Source: Rhodothermales bacterium (GTDB lineage: Bacteria > Bacteroidota > Rhodothermia > Rhodothermales > BA12). Taken from it: a stretch of 64,000 nt of DNA. The stretch spans positions 1,109,793 to 1,173,792 of the forward strand of contig CAWJEJ010000001.1 of the NCBI GenBank assembly GCA_963841855.1, in the 5' to 3' direction. Shown here one piece after another: positions 58,772 through 64,000 of this stretch. A model generated the notes under the pieces. That model was not told the DNA's origin. It worked only from the letters and a program-made list of their open reading frames with translations, and did no database searches. The position numbers and the translations under genes are program-made. Positions within the stretch are counted from its first letter, which is position 1. Each line of letters starts with the position of its first letter.

Positions 58772-60418
58772 ATGACCCGAAACCCACTCAAAGCAACTGC
58801 TTTGCTCCTGCTCGCCCTGCTGATGGCCGGCACGGCTGCCGCGCAGGACTTGCGCCCCTCGCAAACGGTGTACTTCACACCCAAAATCGGACTCACCAGC
58901 TACATCGGTGACCTCAACCCTTCGTTCGAAGGCGACGAGTACAGCGTCGACGGCCGCTTCCCTGTTATGGGCGGCCTGGAGATCGGCTATCAGTACACGC
59001 CTAACTTCGCCATCGGCGTTGGCGGCGGTGTGTCGTACTTTCCTGGCTTGATCGGACCGCTCTCGATCATCGACGCGGCTCCCGGAGCCATCGACGCTCT
59101 GAAGAATGAAGGACAGAGCGGCTTTCGCTTTCCTGTTTACGCGGTCGCTCGCTTTCAGGGTGGAGGCAATTTCTCGCCCTACTTCGAAGTCGGAGCTGGC
59201 GGTATGATTTCCAACACGGCAGCCTATACGCCGACGGAAACCGACGGTGGCACCAAGTTCGCGTTCGGTCCCCAGGCCGGTATCGGCTTCGACTACTTCA
59301 TCAACAGCCGCACCGCCATCACGGTTGGTTTGCAGTCGCTGATGACGTTCGACGACACGGCATTCGACGGAACGGCTGAGCAGGGCGAAGGCCAGGCAGG
59401 TGTTGGCTTGGACTTCCAAGCTGGGGCACTGCCGAGCTACAACCCGGACCTCAACGACTTCGCCAACTTCGACCTCGTCAGCGCGCTGACGCTCGGTCTC
59501 AAGTTCAACAACAAGAAGGCCTTCACGGCAGTCGACGTGCTGTCGATCGACGGACCCTCGACGCTGCAGGTCGGCCAGAGCGGTACGTACGAGGCGATGG
59601 TCAACATGGACGCCACGCAGCCGGTCGAGTACCGCTGGGACTTTGGCGACGGAAACATGGGCACGGGCCTCGTCGCTACGCACAGCTACGACCGCGCCGG
59701 TACCTACACCGTCACCTTCACGGCCTCGAATGGCCGCTCGATGGACAGCGAGTCGATGACCACGACGGTCGTCGCTCCGCCGGTTGCCGCTTCGATCGTC
59801 TCGATCAACTCGACGCCGAATCCTTCGACGGCAGGCCAGACGGTCCGCTTCAGCTCGAACGTTCGTGGAGACACGCCGCTCGACTACACGTGGAACTTCG
59901 GCGACGGCACGACGGGCACGGGTGCCAACCCGACGCACGTTTACAGCCAGCCGGGCAACTACACGGTCTCGCTGACGGTGCGTAACAACGCAGGTAGCGA
60001 CACGGCCACGCTGACGCACGTCGTCAACACGGCAATGACCGCCAACCCGTGCGCAACCATCAGCGACCTCAACCCGGCGTTCTTTATGAACAACTCGTCG
60101 GTCCTGAGCGCAGAAGCACGCGCCGAACTGATGGAGAACGTCGAAGTGCTGCGCGACTGCGCCTGCATCATGACGCGCATCGAAGGCTATGCCGGACCGC
60201 GTGAGCGCAACCCGCAGAGCCTGAGCGAAGCGCGCGCCAACGCTGTCATGCAGTTCTACGTCGACAACGGAGTCTCGGCTTCGCAGATGTCGATGTCGGG
60301 CATGGGCCGCTCCGGTGCGACGACGACCAAGAAGGATGACACGAGCCAGTTCCGCCGCGTCGACTCGATCCCGATGACCTCGGATTGCACGTCGATGATG
60401 TCGGACGACGATATGTAA
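58772..60418 (+). CDS. Outer-membrane protein: N-terminal beta-barrel, two PKD domains, OmpA C-terminal domain
   Basis: An ATG at 58772 is preceded by AAGGAGG, with a signal peptide. PKD repeats are WDFGDGNMGTG...HSYDRAGTYTVTFTASN and WNFGDGTTGTG...HVYSQPGNYTVSLTVRN. The OmpA-like end is RIEGYAGPRE...NRRV-like. Confidence 0.85.
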   Translation: MTRNPLKATALLLLALLMAGTAAAQDLRPSQTVYFTPKIGLTSYIGDLNPSFEGDEYSVDGRFPVMGGLEIGYQYTPNFAIGVGGGVSYFPGLIGPLSIIDAAPGAIDALKNEGQSGFRFPVYAVARFQGGGNFSPYFEVGAGGMISNTAAYTPTETDGGTKFAFGPQAGIGFDYFINSRTAITVGLQSLMTFDDTAFDGTAEQGEGQAGVGLDFQAGALPSYNPDLNDFANFDLVSALTLGLKFNNKKAFTAVDVLSIDGPSTLQVGQSGTYEAMVNMDATQPVEYRWDFGDGNMGTGLVATHSYDRAGTYTVTFTASNGRSMDSESMTTTVVAPPVAASIVSINSTPNPSTAGQTVRFSSNVRGDTPLDYTWNFGDGTTGTGANPTHVYSQPGNYTVSLTVRNNAGSDTATLTHVVNTAMTANPCATISDLNPAFFMNNSSVLSAEARAELMENVEVLRDCACIMTRIEGYAGPRERNPQSLSEARANAVMQFYVDNGVSASQMSMSGMGRSGATTTKKDDTSQFRRVDSIPMTSDCTSMMSDDDM

Positions 60419-60474
60419 TCGTGCTCGTCGGAATAGCTCTCAAGCCTTTCTGACTCGACATCCTGATAGGATCC

Positions 60475-60517
60475 GCAACGGGCGGGTGTGCTTCGGCGCA
60501 CCCGCCCGTTGCTTTTT
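60475..60517 (+). terminator. Rho-independent terminator
   Basis: GCAACGGGCGGGTG ... CACCCGCCCGTTGC is followed by TTTTT. Confidence 0.8.
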
Positions 60518-60621
60518 GGGTACTAGCCTTCGGATTCGACTCCCGATGTGGGACGATCTTCGATTAGCGATGACTTTGGTAAGGCTTTTGCGGAGCATCT
60601 AGTCGCTTCCCCTCCCGCCCC

Positions 60622-61755
60622 ATGAAACTCCTCCTCGCCCTGCTGGGCACGCTCTTTCTGTCTCTACCGCTTCACGCGCAGAGCAACCAGTTTCGCGATT
60701 CGCGCGCTCATTTGGGTGTCGCAGCCGGGCTGTTCACCTACTACGGTCCCATTGATCTGAACCTCCCGGACCGCGGCGCCAACTCCATTACAGCGCACGA
60801 TCCCGCCGTCGTGCTGCTTGGCTCCTTTCCTATCGTCAGCGACGAGTGGTACTTTCGCATGATGCTTGGCGTAAGCAACTTCAACCGAGACGATGGGCAG
60901 GTTGGCCGAACGGACCTCGACCAAAACGCTTTCCTCGGCGAGTATCTCTACTGGTTCGAGCCCGAAGTCGTTTACACTCCGCTCCCCGGATCGACGAGCC
61001 CGATCATGCCTTACCTCTTCACAGGATTCGGCGCCCTTCTGGCTGATCCCTTCACCGCGGAGAACCGGCTCAACCGGCCAGACGCTGGCACTCCAGGCCC
61101 CGAGCGCAGCGTGTTTGCGTTGCCCATTGGTGTGGGCGTCGACTTTGCGTTCAATCGTTACTTCTCCTTTTTCGTCGAGGGATCGTACCGATTCAACTTC
61201 AACTACGCGCTCAACAACGAGAATGGCGGACGCAACCCCCACAACACCTCACTTGTGCTTGCTGGATTGCGTATCGGTCTCGACAGGCGCAACCGCGAAG
61301 TGCAGTATGTGCCGCCGCCGCCGCTGCCTCCCGTCTCCGTCATCCCACCCTATCAGCCGCCGATTGCGCGCCCGCTGCCGATCCGCGAGGAGTGCACGCT
61401 CATCGAACTAAACACGATCTATTTCGCTTTGAACAGCACGACGGTAGATGCCGAGGCCCGAGCACTTCTCAACGCCAACGTGCAGGCGCTGCGCTTCAAC
61501 CCGCTCTGCTGCGTCGACGTGATCGGCTATACGGATCGGTCCGAAGGCACAGATGCGATCCGCGTGTCGCGCGCCCGGTCTCAGGCGGTGTACGATTTCT
61601 ACATCGAATCGGGCATCGAACGCGATCGCATCTCGCTGAGCGCTGTCGGCCGAGGACTGGCGACGTGCGGCAAGGGCAAGGACGAAGACGGATGCATCGG
61701 AAACCGCCGCGTCGAGTCGATTCCGCGCATGTGCCGTCCTGGCGAATCGCAGTAA
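60622..61755 (+). CDS. OmpA-family outer-membrane protein (beta-barrel plus Pro-rich linker plus OmpA domain)
   Basis: Signal peptide, linker VPPPPLPPVSVIPPYQPP, and an OmpA domain (IYFALNSTTVDAEA...VIGYTDRSE...NRRVE). Confidence 0.8.
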   Translation: MKLLLALLGTLFLSLPLHAQSNQFRDSRAHLGVAAGLFTYYGPIDLNLPDRGANSITAHDPAVVLLGSFPIVSDEWYFRMMLGVSNFNRDDGQVGRTDLDQNAFLGEYLYWFEPEVVYTPLPGSTSPIMPYLFTGFGALLADPFTAENRLNRPDAGTPGPERSVFALPIGVGVDFAFNRYFSFFVEGSYRFNFNYALNNENGGRNPHNTSLVLAGLRIGLDRRNREVQYVPPPPLPPVSVIPPYQPPIARPLPIREECTLIELNTIYFALNSTTVDAEARALLNANVQALRFNPLCCVDVIGYTDRSEGTDAIRVSRARSQAVYDFYIESGIERDRISLSAVGRGLATCGKGKDEDGCIGNRRVESIPRMCRPGESQ

Positions 61756-61773
61756 CGTCGGAGCCGGAGCGAT

Positions 61774-62766
<993 letters not shown>

Positions 62767-62781
<15 letters not shown>

Positions 62782-64000
62782 AAAGACGCGGAACGTCGAG
62801 CCTCGCTCCTTCTCGCTCTCGGCCGAAATCTCGCCTCCCAGCGCCGTCACGATGCGGTGCGCCAGTGCCAAACCGACGCCTGTGCCTTCGTAGTCACGGT
62901 TTAGGCGGCGGTCCTCTTGAAGGAACGGAGTAAATAGCTTGTCGAGGTACGCCGCATCCATACCGATGCCCGTGTCTTCGACCTCGACACGTACCCGGTT
63001 CGCTTCGAGCCGCGTAGCTACGCGAACGTAGCCTGCCGTCGTGAACTTGGCGGCGTTGGAGAGCAGCTGGTCGAGCGCCTGCTTGAGCCTGTTCGCGTCG
63101 ACGAGCACCTCGGGGGCGGAGGGATCCAGGTCGAGATAGAGCGCGATTCCCGCATCGGACAGCTTCTCCGCTACAAAACCGACCGACTCGGTGACGGCGT
63201 CGTTAATGCTGAGTGGAGCGCGAACGAGTTCAGCGGATCCTGTTTCCAGATTGGCGAGATCGAAGATGTCGTTGACGAGCGACAGGATCTGATGCGTCTT
63301 CCCTCTGATTGTGGCGATGAACTCGTCGATTTGAGGCGGCAGCTCGGCGCCTGTCTGTGACCTGAAGTCGTCCAGTTCGGATTCGAGCAGTTCGGAGAAC
63401 CCACTGATCGTCCCCAGCGGCGTCCGAACCTCGTGCGACAGCGTGGCAATGAAAGCCGTCTTGTCTCTGCTCTGCGCTTCGGCATCCTGCTTGGCCTGGA
63501 GCAGAACGGCTTCGGCGCGCTTCTGCTCGGTTACGTCCGCCAGCGTACCGACGACCGACAGTGTACCCGTCGCGTCGCGGTGCGGAACCGCGCTTTCTCT
63601 GATCCATCGGTATCCGCCACCCGCCGAGTGCCGAATGCGAAAGCTGACGCTGCTTTCTCTTCCCGAACGCAACCGCGCTTCGTGCTCGGCCAGCAGTTCG
63701 CGCGCGTTGGAGTCGGCCGAGAGAACGCGCCAGACGTCATTGGGCGGCAGAAATGCGGCCGGTTCGTGGCCAGTAATCGCGCCCGCCTGAGGGGTGACGA
63801 AGAGGTAGTGCCTCGCCTCTCCGTCGAAGACGAAGTTGAAGAGCGCGTCCTGAATCGTCGAGACTGTGAGCCGGTAACGGTTGGTCGATCGCAGCCAGGC
63901 CAGCAGCGTCTCGAACAGACGTACCAGGCCGAGCACGAAGGTTTCGTTGACGCTCGTCAGCAGCGCTTCGCTGCCGTGCGTTCGCTCAATCAGGAGGAAT
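62767..64000 (-). CDS. PAS sensor histidine kinase, N-terminus probably beyond the window edge
   Basis: HisKA (FIATLSHEVRTPLGTISGF) and HATPase_c (VEDTGIGM...GTGVGLALAHRIV). The frame stays open upstream of 63936 to the window end. Its 3' end overlaps queG by 15 nt, convergently. Confidence 0.8.

Noticed and set aside
58676-60019. A 447-aa minus-strand ORF.
   Set aside because: It is antisense to the OmpA/PKD gene, which has a strong SD, signal peptide, PKD and OmpA motifs.

Overview
This is a 64-kb chromosomal segment from a high-GC bacterium; hand counts on ordinary 60-nt lines give about 65-75% GC. Several gene-content markers point to the Bacteroidota/Rhodothermota lineage. These are multiple T9SS (Por) C-terminal sorting domains, CarboxypepD_reg-type TonB receptors and secreted proteins, a DUF2480 gene, and an atpZ-I-B-E-F-H-A-G operon without atpDC. 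I cannot name the species. Most of the window is housekeeping: alkA-like, arcA, prolyl oligopeptidase, pyrG, msrA, truA, deoB, NFACT/RqcH-like, a beta-CASP RNase, tRNA-Ser(GCT), the ATP synthase operon, rpsT, two OmpA-family genes and queG. Many long ORFs in the track are GC-driven antisense shadows, or N-terminal over-extensions of real genes; I trimmed starts to signal peptides or conserved N-termini where I could verify the codon. The regions worth a second look are: (1) a ~0.8-kb low-GC pocket (36584-37400) of orphan ORFs packed with no spacer between two host genes, including an in-frame TAG joining two ORFs; (2) a translationally coupled two-gene orphan cassette (10147-11969); (3) a REP/RAYT locus with four REP copies, one inverted doublet and a 9-bp tandem expansion (26.8-28.3 kb); (4) ~200-bp diverged direct repeats bracketing the NFACT gene, plus a separate hairpin-repeat family with 3-4 copies; (5) a long minus-strand array DUF1190 - GspS-like ATP-grasp - His-rich small protein - TonB receptor - lipoprotein; (6) a T9SS C-terminal-domain remnant with compensating frameshifts; (7) a 33-codon Lys/Pro/Ala-rich ORF with SD and terminator. 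I see no CRISPR array, rRNA, integrase, recognisable defence genes or prophage. I cannot show from sequence alone that any pocket is a new functional system; the low-GC pocket and the 10-12 kb cassette are the best candidates.
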